Shown here: in pieces, positions 1 to 12,620 of the stretch
How the letters are laid out: every line of letters starts with the position of its first letter
Numbering within the stretch: the first letter of the stretch is position 1
Source: Octopus sinensis
Lineage: Eukaryota
DNA: 64,000 bases
Direction of reading: 5' to 3'
Assembly (NCBI RefSeq): GCF_006345805.1
Contig: NC_043006.1
Span: 71,610,001-71,674,000 of the forward strand
The notes under the pieces: model-generated
Seen by the model: the letters and a program-made list of their open reading frames with translations, nothing else
What the model was told of the DNA's origin: nothing
The model's database searches: none
Made by a program: the position numbers and the translations under genes

Positions 1-417
1 AGCATTTTTACCTGTACCTATGTTGTCAGCAGTCATCTGTGAAAATGATCTGTTATAACAACAGTGAGTTAGGTTAGCATTTTTATCTCTGTCATCCTCA
101 TTCAACCATGACAAGGATCAGCTGTGACAACAGTCACTTTTAAACAACAGCTATGTAAATAATCCAAGATTTACTGTGTCAGACAAAATAATCTACTCAC
201 ATTTCCCTTTCACCATAGAAGCCTGGTAAAGTGATATGGCTGAATGATCAAAGGTGTACAGGTATGTTTGGATGGTTAAGTTTTCTTTGGTGTCACTTGC
301 TTCCAGGTTCACTCCCATTGTGCCACTCCTTGGCAAGTGACTTCTATCATACCACATATTAGAAGAATATATTCCAAGTGTATGTTGGTTGAAAGAAACT
401 GAGCTGAAGCCCATATT

Positions 418-462
<45 letters not shown>

Positions 463-520
463 TGGACCACTGAAATCTACAAGTTTTTTCATTCATCCTC
501 TCTGTTTAGTTTCTCTTATT

Positions 521-558
521 CCTTTCTGCTGAAGAGCATAGGCTTGAAACAGAAGAGG
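521..558 (+). ncRNA. Degenerate hammerhead-like motif in a Penelope-like repeat fragment
   Basis: ccttt-CTGCTGA-a-gagc(atag)gctt-GAAA-c-aga-agagg: stems I and II and GAAA present, but A6 is C and the cleavage-site U is missing. Confidence 0.3.
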
Positions 559-638
559 CATTTTCACTTTCCCAAGCTAATACACTCATTTGTTGTTCAC
601 ACATCTGTCTTCATCTTTTTTTTCCTATAAATTTCATT

Positions 639-675
<37 letters not shown>

Positions 676-1404
676 GGGGGAGAGAGATTTACACACATAC
701 ACATATCTATGTGTTTGTAGAGGTGGGCAAGTCTGCGTGTGTTTTGCTAATGCAAATGATATGAACACTGGTAAGGGAAATGAAAAGCCAGTGGTCCTAA
801 CATTTTTTTTTTTGTGCAACAGTTTTCTGTCCCATTTTTCAAATACTCCTTTATCGCTCTCCTCATTAATAATACAGTGAAGCAATGATTGGTCCATTGG
901 GACCTACAACCGATGAAGCTATTGTACCCTAACTGTGATATAAAATAAATTGATAATAAACAGAGGAATCAGAACAAATGTTCAAGTTGCCTCCTTTCTC
1001 TTTCTGGATTATCCCTTCATCATGGCGATTCTGCCAGCTCATCATCTTATCTTGCGTAAATATTGGTTTCAAATTTTGGCACTAGGCCAGCAAGTTTGGA
1101 AGAGGGGTTAAGTTAATTACATTGACACCAGTGTTCAACTGGCACTTATTTTATTGATCTCGAAAGGATGAAGGGCAAAGATGACCTCAGCAAAATTTGA
1201 ACTCAGAACGTAGATGTACGAAATGCAACGAAGCATTTTGCTGGGCGTGCTAATGATTCCGCCAGCTCGCCACCCTATAATGCGTAAATATTGATTTCAA
1301 AATTTGGCACAAATCCAGTAATTTCGGGGGAGGTAAATCGATTACATTGACCTGAGTCTGCTAATGATTCTGCCAGCTCGCCGTCCTGTCTTGCGTAAAT
1401 ATTC

Positions 1405-2092
1405 TTTTTTACTCTAGGCATAAGGCTCGAAATTTTGGGGGAGGGGCCCAGTCGATTAGATCGAACCAGTACGGAACTGGTACTTAATTTATCGACCCCG
1501 AAAGGGTGAAAGGCAAAGTCCATCTCGGCGGAATTTGAACTCAGAACATAAAGACAGATTAAGTCGATTATATCGACCTCAGTGCGTAACTGGTACTTAT
1601 TTAATCGACCCCGAAAGGATGAAAGGCAAAGTCGACCTCGGCAGAATTTGAACTCAGAACGTAGCGGCAGACGAAATACCTATTTCTTTACTACCCACAA
1701 GGGGCTAAACATAGAGGGGACAAACAAGGACAGACATAGGTATTAAGTCGATTACATCGACCCCAGTGCGTAACTGGTGCTTAATTTATCGACCCCGAAA
1801 GGATGAAAGGCAAAGTCGACTTCGGCGGCATTTGAACTCACAACGTAACGGCAGACGAAATACCAATTTCTTTACTACCCACAAGGGGCTAAACACAGAG
1901 GGGACAAACAAGGACAGACATAGGTATTAAGTCGATTACATCGACCCCAGTGCGTAACTGGTACTTATTTAATCGACCCCGAAAGGATGAAAGGCAAAGT
2001 CGACCTCGGCGGAATTTGAACTCACAACGTAACGCAGAAGAAATACCGCTAAGCATTTCGCCCGGCGTGCAAACGCTTCTGCTAGATCGCCA
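1405..2092 (-). mobile_element. tRNA-derived SINE (MetaSINE-like central domain), one head plus tandemly repeated ~185-bp bodies
   Basis: Repeated core gtcgactttgcctttcatcctttcggggtcgat..aagtaccagtt on -; head ggcga..gcaga..cgtt.gcacgccgggcgaaatgcttagc at ~2050-2092. Further copies at ~1063-1275, 6240-6475, 11137-11345, 28570-29100, 37142-37562, 40340-40665. Confidence 0.8.
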
Positions 2093-2203
2093 TTGTGTAT
2101 ATATTAAAAAGGAAGTCAAATAAATAATTGCAGCGCGGAAGGTGTTTATAAGCTATTTAAGAAACACAAAAACCGTTAGATTCACTTCAACATTTAAATT
2201 TAA

Positions 2204-2254
2204 TTTGCCAAAATATTTTCGTTGCTTTGAGACCGCAACCTGTTCACTGACAAA
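2204..2254 (-). ncRNA. Minimal type I hammerhead ribozyme-like fold with G3:C8 core, inside a short repeat (2129-2267)
   Basis: Minus strand: tttgtca-GTGAACA-g-gttgc(ggtctcaaa)gcaac-GAAA-atattt-tggcaaa; 7-bp stem I, 5-bp stem II, palindromic AATATT at stem III. Confidence 0.55.
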
Positions 2255-4606
2255 ATTCAGTGCTGCATCAAATAACTAAAGGGAAATAATTCCTTTTTAT
2301 TTAAGATCTAATTATTTCCCTTGAAATTTGTTTCCTCATTTCCGAAGTTCAACTTCAATTAACATATAAAGCGCAACGGGTCAAGATCGTGACTGTCAGG
2401 CACAGATTGACAGGCCATGATCGTGGCCCAGATAGATACGTTTAATTTATGGGTGTTTGTTGGTATCTAATGTCACTCAAATGCTCTCCTTTACCCCACA
2501 GAATGCAAGAGGACTAATAGTTCAACTAATGACGTTTCAGATGATGTAAAACTTGCCACTATTATATACTAAGAAGATATTTTAACTATTTTTTGTTTTT
2601 GTATGTGTGCATAGTAGTCTCATTTTCATAAAATGTGCTCAGTGCAAATCCCAACGCTTTATAGGTTAAACACATGACTGCGATTTATTTAATCATCTCG
2701 AAAGAGATGAAGTAAAACTGCAAATGTGGTCATAAAAGAACCGTGGATTTATGTAGGAATTAAATGATCCAGTAATAGCTTTTCTCGATCCGTTATATAT
2801 ATCCTCTTGTTTTAAATCCGTTGTGTCATCAAGACTGATTCAGGATGATTTTATTATCATGCACTCACATACTAATTGTTACTCAGAGGGGGAGGTCCCT
2901 GAGACTGGTGGGAGGAAGTTATCTTCAAACCAGATACCTGATCTACTTGTTACAGAGTGAACTCCACTGAATGTACCCACAGGTCAAATGATGATGTTAA
3001 ATTGAAATCCTTATGACGGGAAGAGTAATTAGGTCACCATTTATAACAGCGTGATGTGGAAAGAACAATAAGATTTGAATAAGTTGAACAAGTGTTAATT
3101 TATTCCTCTCGTTATAATAATAGAAGATTGCCAAAGAGAATGGTGTTAATACTACAGTCTTGAACAAACATTCAAATTTCTTCCGCTAACTGGATCTTAT
3201 GATGTGACTGTGCTGTGCTGTCTTTTACTGCAATGACGAAGACAGGCAGCGACTGGTTGAAGGCAGTGATGAAACTGGCTGGTATCTGGCCAAAAGACAC
3301 CAACAAAGAGCGGAAGAAACTGGTGTCTATATAACCATAGGGTGGCTCCACAGGCCAAGATGTTTTTTTCCCGTGTTGGGAACAAATTCTGTGACAAATA
3401 CACAACTGGACAGTTAAAACTGACCAATACCTACAACTAAATTAGCCAACAACTGGGTCATGTGACTTGACGTTAAGAAAACCTCTGGTGAGCCAATATT
3501 CCAGTATTTAAGGTTAAACAGCCAAATTGACAAGATGTCTAATATTACAATAAAATGAATGTGTTAAACAGTTCTGCAACATCATGATATCTTATAGACA
3601 CGCAGTTTTAAAAAACCCACAGAAATATATTAGTGGCAGACAAAAGGCATTCAGCAGCATTGCTGGCATTGCTCAATGCATATTTCTGTCTCATGATTTC
3701 AACAATGTATATGCTTTACATATAATAAACAGATAGCTGTTTTGAACTAATGCTGTTTTGCCTCAGTAGCTTATAGCAAATTATTATTCAGCCTTCCCAC
3801 TAATTTTATCAGTGGTTTTTATCAGTATTATTTTACAGTATCAATAATGATTGATTTTATCTTAGCATGGGGTTGTTTACTGCAGTAGCTCCCAAACTTT
3901 CTCAGGCTGTTGCTCCCCTGGCACCCAGGCCACACTCTTAGTGCCTTCCTACCACTACAAATATAGACCCCTTTCTGAAGCATCCCCCAGATCTTTCCCT
4001 CATCCTAGAAGGAAACCACTGGATTTGTGGATGCTTACTACTGGTAAAGCTCAAAGAGGTAGAAATACATTTTGACTAATGCTACCACTGCTGCTAGTTG
4101 GTTTTTGTCTGCTACTAACATATTTCTGTGTTTTTTAATACTATATGTCTAAAAGAGATGCTTTCTTGAGACAAATTCATTATAGTTTATCAGGCATTCA
4201 ACGAAATATATGTTTTAAGCATGATACACAGATCACTACGTGCGTACATGTGTGTGTGTGTGTGTGTGTTGAGCCTCATAGAGGTAACGGTTCGAGTGTT
4301 GGACCTCATGGAGACAATGACCAAGACCTCTGGCATTATGTCAGGCTTGAGAAGAAGACCCATCAAGCCAAGCAAAATCGTAGTCGTGGAAGATACTGGT
4401 GTCCCGCATATGGCATCCATGGTGGTGGCACATAAAAGTACCCATTACATCCTCAAAGTGGTTGGCATTAGGAAGGGCATCCAGCCATAGAAAACCATGT
4501 CAAATCTGGTGCAGCCTTCCAGTTTATCAGCCCTGGTCAAACTGTCTAACCAGTGCCAGCATGGACAACGGATATTAAATGATGATGATAATGATGATGA
4601 GGATGA

Positions 4607-4663
4607 GATAGATAGATAGATAGATAGATGGATGGATAGATGGGTAGATAGATAGCTAGCTAG

Positions 4664-4696
<33 letters not shown>

Positions 4697-4700
4697 TAGA
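4607..4700. repeat. (GATA)n/(GCTA)n/(GACA)n compound microsatellite; one of many (TA)n, (TATG)n, (CA)n, (GA)n tracts in the window
   Basis: Directly visible. Confidence 0.95.
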
Positions 4701-4963
4701 GAGGTATAAGTAAAATTCAGTTGAATTAGGTACGTAAGTTGAGGCTCCTCATTAGGTCGGAGTAATATACACATAACAATATTATGTAAATACCAGTCTT
4801 GGTACAGAAGTACCAGCTGAATGATATTAGACCCAGCTGAGTATATAATCTACTCTTGAGCTGTTCAGACATGTACATTTTATTAAATATACCGTCATGA
4901 TATACTTCAGAATTTGCGAAGAGCATGTTCCGAGATGAATAAGAGAGGTGAATAAAATATAAA

Positions 4964-5405
4964 TAAGTCACAATTGAAGGACAGGTGTCAATTCATTACT
5001 CATTTTTCTAATGACTCTTTTAATTGATTAATGAGTATGTTACATCATTATAAAGAAAATGTTTTTCTGAGATGAATACCTGAACTTTACAATCAAAGAC
5101 ATCCAAAATGATTTAACACACTTTAAAATCCACAGGCACAGAGCAAAACATTTTCATTGATGCTGCTGTTATTTCAGTTGACGGAAATTCTGTCAAACGA
5201 AACAGTAGCAGAATCATTGAAAATGTTTGGCTCCGTCAATTTTAAAATATGTTAAATAATTTTGAATGTCCTTGATTCTAAAGTTCATGTATTCAAATGA
5301 GGAAAACGGTTTCTTTATAATGATGTAATGTACTCATTAATGAATTAAAGGAGCCATTAGAAACGGGTGTAATGAACTGACACCTGTCCTTCAATTGTTA
5401 CTTAT
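4964..5405. mobile_element. Foldback/palindromic MITE-like element
   Basis: Ends taagtcacaattgaaggacaggtgtca / tgacacctgtccttcaattgttactta; arms stay complementary up to a centre at ttgacggaaattctgtcaa (~5178-5196). Confidence 0.8.
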
Positions 5406-5417
5406 ATATATATATAT

Positions 5418-5593
5418 AGGAGTAGCTGTGTGGTAAGAAGCTTGCTTCCCAAACACATGGTTCCGGGTTCAGTCCCACTGCGTGGGACCTTGGGTAAGTG
5501 TCTTGTACTATAGTCTTGGGCTGATTTAAAACTTGTGAGTGGATTTGGTAGATGGAAACTGAAAGAAACCGAAACCTGTCATATATATATATG

Positions 5594-5625
<32 letters not shown>

Positions 5626-5896
5626 TGTATGTATGTATGTATGTATGTATGTATGTATGTATGTACGTATGTGTGTATGTATGTATTTGTGTGTCTGTGT
5701 TTGTCGCCCCACCATCACGCTTGACAACTGACGTTGGTTTGTTTACATCCCCGTAATTGTGCGGTTCGTCAAAAGAGACTGATAGAATAAGTACTGGACT
5801 TACAAAGAATAAGTCTTGGCATCAATCTGTTTGACTAAAGGCGGTGCTCCAGCATGGCCATAGTCATATAACTGAAACAAGTAAAATAAAAGAGTA
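5418..5896 (+). mobile_element. tRNA-derived SINE with internal (TATG)n tract
   Basis: ggagtagctgtgtggtaagaagcttgcttccc...gttccgggttcagtcccactgcg...ggatttggtagatggaaactgaaag; related copies at ~9040-9335(-), 10303-10475, 25130-25390(-), 31590-31727, 50198-50530, 52968-53290. Confidence 0.8.
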
Positions 5897-5934
5897 TATA
5901 TATACACATATATATATATATACATTCATACATA

Positions 5935-5968
<34 letters not shown>

Positions 5969-6705
5969 CACATACATATGTACATGCATACATGTATGCA
6001 TGTGAGTGTGTGTGTGTGTGTGTGTTTGCTTTGTAACTATGTGATTTTAAGTTTTATGTTTCTGCTTGATAACACAGGCAAGTTTCTTCTATTACATATA
6101 TGTGCATACATACATTCATATCATCATCATTGTTTAAACATCAAGTTCCTGGCATGGGTTGGAAGGTTTGATGGGACCTGATGTGACCAAGGACTGCATT
6201 GAGCTCCAGTGTCTGCTGTGGCAATGCATACCTTTCCTAATTTATTTCTTTACTGCCCACAGGGGTCTAAACATAGAGGGGACAAACAAGAAGAGACAAA
6301 GGGATTAAGTCGATTACATCGACCCGAGTGTGTAACCGGTACTTATTTAATTGACCCTGAAAAGATGAAAAGCAAAGTCGACCTCAGCAGAATTTGAATT
6401 CAGAACGTAATGGCGGATGAAATGCCACAAAGCATTTTGCCTAGTGTGCTAACGATTTTGCCAGCCTGCCCCCTTTCCTAATGCCAACCACTTGCAGTGT
6501 GCTGCATGCCCTTTCCATGTCACCTGTAGTATTGAGGTTACCATGCAGTTTACAAGACTACAAACCCTTGGGGGATGGGGAGCACCAGTTTCATGCTAGG
6601 GAACAAGGTGATTACTACAAGGGCTGGGGTAGTGCAGGTTCCTGTGTAGGGATCTGCATGGCTTCTCACATCTAGAAGAAGGAAAGGGATGGGGACAGAA
6701 AGTGT

Positions 6706-7397
6706 GGTACTTTTTGGTCATCTCACCCATCATTAAAAAATGGGGTTATCTCTCCCCTCCCCCATTTTATGAAATATATCAGTACTTTTGGTCATCTCCT
6801 CCAACTACGAAAAATTGTTTAACCCTTAATAAAACAAAGAAAATGAAAACAAATAATAAACATGAAGGGAGGAACATAGCCTAGTGGCTAGAGCAGTGGA
6901 TTCGCGGTTGAGGGATCACGAGTTTGAATCTCAGACCAGGCAATGTGTGTGTTTATGAGCGAAACACCTAAGCTCCATGCAGCTCCAGCAGAAGGTAATG
7001 ACGAACTTCTGCTGACTCTTTCACCACAACTTTCTCTCATTCTTTCCTCCTGCATCTTGTAGCTCACCTGCGACGGACCGGTGTCACATCCAGGTGGGGA
7101 ACCTATACGCCAAGGAAACCGGGAAACTGGCCCTTATGAGCCAAGCATGGCTCAAGAAGGAACAAACAACAATAAAAATGAAAACTAAAAATATTAATAA
7201 GCAGGGAAACTGAAAACATCTCATTGAATCTAATAACATTTTTATAACAAATCATACCATGCCTATTGAGGAGATCAAAAGTCAAAAATGTTTTGAAGTA
7301 CTGAATCAAAAGGATCTAACTTTTAATCCGGTCTGGAGAGATAATCCAATTTTTTAATGGCAATTTTTTAATGAGGGTGAGATAACCAAAAAGTACC
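6706..7397. mobile_element. Non-autonomous DNA transposon, Merlin-like, with nested SINE (~6867-7172)
   Basis: TIR ggtactttttggt(c/t)atctcaccc..tcattaaaaaat at both ends; perfect 8-bp TSD gaaagtgt (6698-6705, 7398-7405). Confidence 0.75.
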
Positions 7398-7713
7398 GAA
7401 AGTGTGAAGGCTAAATATATGCATGAATATCCACATTCCACAGCTTTGCATGTCACTGCCTGAGCAAAATGGTGACATGATATTTACATTCTTTGTTGAC
7501 ATTACAAATATTCGGTCAGTGCTTTGGTAGAGGAGTGGAATAATTAGTCTTTACTTGAGGAACAGGTAAGGGTAAGGCTTACCAACAAGGAGGGCATCCA
7601 GCCATAAACTGTTGCTACAAACAAGTCTTTGTCCAATCCATAGATAAAAAGACCATAAACACACATACACACACAAATGCCCACACACATGCACACATAC
7701 ACATACATACATA

Positions 7714-7757
<44 letters not shown>

Positions 7758-9354
7758 CATACATACATGCATACATGCATACATACATACATACATACAT
7801 GTGTGTGTGGCCAAAATATGTTTGACCATGGAGGAAAAATATTATTTTGCTTTGAAACAGGTGAGGGCTGACAATAAAAAGGGCACCCAGTCATAGTAAA
7901 TTGGTCCCAATAAACTCCGTCTGACCCATGCAAACATGAAAAAGTAGATCTTAAATGGTGATGATCAGTTTAGCAGATCATAAAATATCAATAAGCAGCT
8001 CTAATAGTAACTGATGCTTATAAACCAACTTCTGAAACATCAAAGACTATTTAAATCAGTTGAAGAGACAATTCGTTATAATCTCTATAATAGAGACAGA
8101 GATCTATTGTCAGAAAGGTGTAGACTTTAAGTTTAATGGATGTGAATTGACTTATGAACAGAAAGAACAAGTGTGTGGGTGGATGTCTTTGTGGGGGATA
8201 AAAGTTTCAGTTATAAAGTGTAAGAAACATAACAGCTGTTGATGATATGTTTGAACTTGAACAAATGACAAAACAATAACAAAATCTGTGAAGAAAAGGG
8301 AAAAAAAATTGTGACATTCTTATATACATACTTACATACATACATTCATGTATACATACATACACACATACATATGTACATAAATTCATACATTTCCTTT
8401 ATATATATATATATATATGAATGTGTAGATATGTGTGTGTGCACACAGACAAATGAGAAAGAGAGAAAGGGTCAGAGGGAGAGAGACCGGGTGAGAGAGA
8501 GAGGGTAAGAGACAGACAGACAGAGAGCAGCTGGATCTAATACTAAAGTATTTATTAGATGGAAGAAATGCTTGTGCAAAGAATTGAAAATGTCATAGTC
8601 ATTAAATGGGTCTATATTTCAATGCAGACCTGTTAAATTTCAATGAACACAAAATAACTAAAACATTTAGCTAACACAATAAATAGCATTTGATTTATAC
8701 TCTAAAATCATTTGACCTACCAGAATTACATTGCACTGTGCCTTCAGATTGTATATTCACAAATAGCATGGAAGACAATACAATACAGTGTGTTGGCTGA
8801 CCGGCTGGCCTGCTGGCTCACTGTTATTGAAATTATAGTGACCAGCTGCCAGTTTTGTGGTATCTGGCTACTAATCATTGGAAGGTTAAGAATGCCAATA
8901 ACTTTAAATATGAAAGAATGAGAACACAGGAATCAATGAATACTTTTAAAATGAACTACTAGCAAAACAATTGGAAAATGATATCTTTCACTTGTTTCAG
9001 TCATGAGAGCTGGAGCAACAAATTGAAGAATTTTTAGCCCAATGAAGCAACTGGTACTTACACTATCAATTTTTTTTTTCCAAACCACTAAGTTACAAGG
9101 ATGTAAACACACCAACACTTGTTATTAAGTGGTGGTGAGGGACAGGCGAAGGTACAAACACACACACACACACATATACAACAGGCTTCTTTTTGGTTTC
9201 TGTCAACCAAATCTATTCACAAAGCTTTAGTCAGCCTGAGGCTATAGTAGAAGACACTTACCCAAGGTGCCACACAGTGGGACTGAACTCAAAACCATGT
9301 GGTTTGAAAGCAAACTTCTTACCACACAGTCACATGAAGGAATATATTATATAT

Positions 9355-9420
<66 letters not shown>

Positions 9421-9575
9421 TCATCATCATCATTGCTTAACGTCCGTTTTCCATGCTAGCATGGGTTGGACAGTTTGACCAGGGTCTGGGAAGCCAGGAG
9501 GCTGCACCAGGCTCCAGTCTGATCTGGCAGTGCTTTTACAGCTGGATGCTCTTCTTAACGCCAACCACTCCGTGA

Positions 9576-9607
<32 letters not shown>

Positions 9608-9610
<3 letters not shown>

Positions 9611-10270
9611 TCATCATCATCATTGTTTAACGTCTGCTTTCCATGCTAGCATGGGTTGGACGATTTTGACTGAGGGCTGGTGAACTAGATGGCTGCACCA
9701 GGCTCCAATCTTGATTTGGCAGAGTTTCTACAGTTGGATGCCCTTCCTAATGCCAACCACTCCAAGAGTGTAGTGGGTGCTTTTAACGTGCCACCAGCAC
9801 GGGGGCCAGTCAGGCGGTACTGGCAACAACCTCACTCAAATCCTTTTACACATGCCACAAGCACAGGTGCCAGTAAGGCGACTTTGGTAACGATCACGCT
9901 CAAATGGTGCCCTTTTACGTGCCATTGGCATGGAAGCCAGTTGGCTGCTCTGGCAACGATCATGCTCGGATGGTGCTCTTGGCACCCTACTAGCACGGGC
10001 ACAAGTGCCTGTAAGGTGACGCTGGTAACGATCACGCTCGAATGGTGCCCTTTAAGTGCCACAGGCACGGAAGCCGGTTAGCTGCTCTGTCAATGATCAC
10101 GCTTGTATGATGCTCTTTGCACCCTGCTAGCACGAACGCCAGTCATCGAATTTGATTTTGAATTTGCTTTTGATTGATTTGATTTCACTTGCCTCAACAG
10201 GTCTTTGTAAGCAGAGTTTTAGGGTCCAAAGAAAGAAAATCTATGCATAAGTGGGCTGGTTACACCCCTG
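9608..10270 (-). mobile_element. RTE-related retroposon with (GAT)n tail and internal ~55-60 bp tandem units
   Basis: catcatcat..gtttaacgtc.gctttccatgctagcatgggttgga end; repeated aacgatcacgctc.aatggtgc units. Copies at ~4280-4600, 9421-9580, 23468-23790, 32300-32565, 34700-34975, 38383-38680, 46500-46785, 49508-49745, 51768-52068, 59565-60000, 63755-64000. Confidence 0.75.
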
Positions 10271-12099
10271 AGATTATAGTTTCATATATATGTATATATA
10301 TAGGTGCACGAGTGGCTGTGTGGTAAGTAGCTTGCTTATCAACCACATAGTTCTGGGTTCAGTCCCACTGCATGGCACTTTGGGAAAGAGTCTTCTGCTA
10401 TAGCCTCGGGCTGACCAAAGCCTTGTGAGTGGATTTGGTAGACAGAAACTGAAAGAAGCCCATCGTATATATCTAATATGATAAATGTGAAAACTAATCT
10501 TCTTGTGTCAGTGTGTCACACTTAGACCCCCCCCCCCGTCTCACTATTCAATGACACTCTTACTATTCCTCATGATGGGGTGAGTGTAATAGTGGGCATA
10601 GAGACAGTGAGGGTGGTGGTGAAGACAGAGAGAGAGAGAGAAAGAAAAAGAAAAAGAGAGGGAGAGAAAGAGAGAGATAAAAATTTAAGGAGTATTGATA
10701 ATGTTTTATTAAAAGTAGTAGTGTTGATGGTGGAAGTGGGAGTAACAATAAAAGAAAGAGAAAGAGGGAGATGATATACAACTTTGTTAAACCATGTCTC
10801 TTTGACAGAAATTCCTGTTGCCAACATACTGAATGCTATCCTCTTAGTGATGACTGCACCCCATCCATTTTTCATAATTTTCCCCATCCTGGAACTCATG
10901 TCTCATGCCAGTAGCTATACAATGGTAAAAAAAACTAACTAAATAAATAAATGGCAAAAAACATTCCAAATTGAAAAGAAATCCCTCCCCCTCCCTCTGT
11001 CTACCTATCTAACTGTCTGTATATCTATCTGTCTATCTATCTAGCTAGCTATCTCCATCAATCTATCTTTATGGTGGTGGTGGTAGCTAAGGCAGCCAGG
11101 GTAGTCAGGGATGATGGTGATAGTAAGTGATGTAAGATGGCAAGCTGGCAGAAACAGCACACCAAGCAAAATGCTTAGTGGTAGTTCATCTGTCTTTATG
11201 TTCTCAAATTCCACCAAGGTCAACTTTACCTTTCATCCTTTCAGTGTTGATAAATTAAGTACCAGTTGTGTACTGGAGTTGATCTAATCAACTGGCCCCC
11301 TCCCAAAAAATTTCAGGCCTTGTGCCTAGAGTAGAAAAGAATAGTAAGTGATTTGAAAAACAGTGATGTGGTGGAGGGGAAGACAGCAAAGTCAAAGGTA
11401 TTGATGGTGGTGGCATTGGAAGTCTGAATTGTTTGTGTGTGGCAGTTGTGGTGGCGATGGTGGTAGCACTGGTGATGGTTGAAAACAATAAACAGAAAGA
11501 GAGAGATGGAAAGAAAGAGGTTAGACATAAAAAAAATTGTACTGACCCCTGAATGGGAAGACAAAAAATGTTATTTATTATGCAGCTTTGCAATAAGTTC
11601 CAAGTCGACAAATTATATCATTGTTTTGCTGGAAATTGTTCATTGCTTAAAAAATATTGGTCAAGTTTAATAAAATTTAATAAGTACTCAATGCATAAAG
11701 TGTCATTGTTGGGTCCAAGGCCCAATGAAGAGCTCTCCATAGGAGCTACGTTAAAAGCTGCCCGATAGGTGCTTCTTCCATCAATGCTGAAACAAAAGGA
11801 GGGAGAACTGAATTTGAGTATTCAAAGTCCAATTTTGTAACCATTATAGATAGAGTTAGTTACCTTCTCAAGTCTTATAAGAGCCACTTTCCCAGTTTCA
11901 TGGCATATTCCTCACCAGGACTGGACACCAGTCTATCGCAAAATTACTTGTTTTTTTTCAGCTGAGTGAACTGGAGTAACATGAAATGAAGTGTTTTGCT
12001 CAAGAACACACTGCATCGCCTGGTCCAGACATCGAAACCATAATCTTACGATCAGGAGTCCAACACCCTAACCACTAAGCCACATGCCTCCACTGTAAC

Positions 12100-12620
12100 T
12101 GTTATACTATTTTACTGAAGTTCTGATTGAAGAAAAATACCAGAAAATCATTTAATTGTTGCAAACATCCATTTACACTAGAAATACATCACAGTATTGA
12201 TCAGACCATCAGATGCTGTTATACACCACTGGTCAATTCTGTGCTTCCAATTCTGCCTTGATTGCACCATTCTTTTCCATCTTAACTAAATTGTCTTCTC
12301 ACCATCATGGAAGTCTTTTCTCATCTCTGGGGATAACTCTCAGCAACTGCATGAGTCCACCTGTTTTCTGTGAACCTTGCAACATGTCTGACCCAGTGGA
12401 ATTTGTGCTTTCAGTATTCTGTGATCACATTGTTCCCTCTGCTCTGTTCTTTGAATTATCTCATTTCCAATATGCCATTGTAGGAATATCATTACTAGAG
12501 ATCTATACACCACAATATATTTCTGATACATAACCCAGCATATTAGCAAATGTTAAATGATTTTACATTGTTTTTCTTCAGTCTGAACTTCAGCCAATAC
12601 TATTCAGTAAAATGACACCA
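12100..12620. mobile_element. Degenerate TIR element, possibly a Tc1-like deletion derivative
   Basis: Imperfect ~60-bp inverted ends (ctgaagttctgattgaagaaaaa..aaatcatttaa vs ttaaatgatttt..tttttcttcagtctgaacttcag). Confidence 0.4.

Noticed and set aside
193-897. Short ORFs rich in YI/CV/HT repeats here and throughout (e.g. 5398-5756, 7544-7933)
   Set aside because: Translations of (TA)n, (TG)n, (TATG)n microsatellites and SINEs
3172-3427. Overlapping 76-77 aa minus-strand ORFs in unique-looking sequence
   Set aside because: No recognisable homology and no consistent splice frame
9689-10140. Regularly spaced ~57-bp repeats resembling a CRISPR array, with a 130-aa ORF
   Set aside because: Units are internal tandem repeats of a dispersed eukaryotic retroposon, no unique spacers, no cas genes
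8721-10915. Exon-like segments on - (~8721-8902, ~10790-10915) suggesting a gene divergent from DBF4
   Set aside because: Stops in all frames or no phase-compatible joining; a lncRNA cannot be excluded but is unsupported
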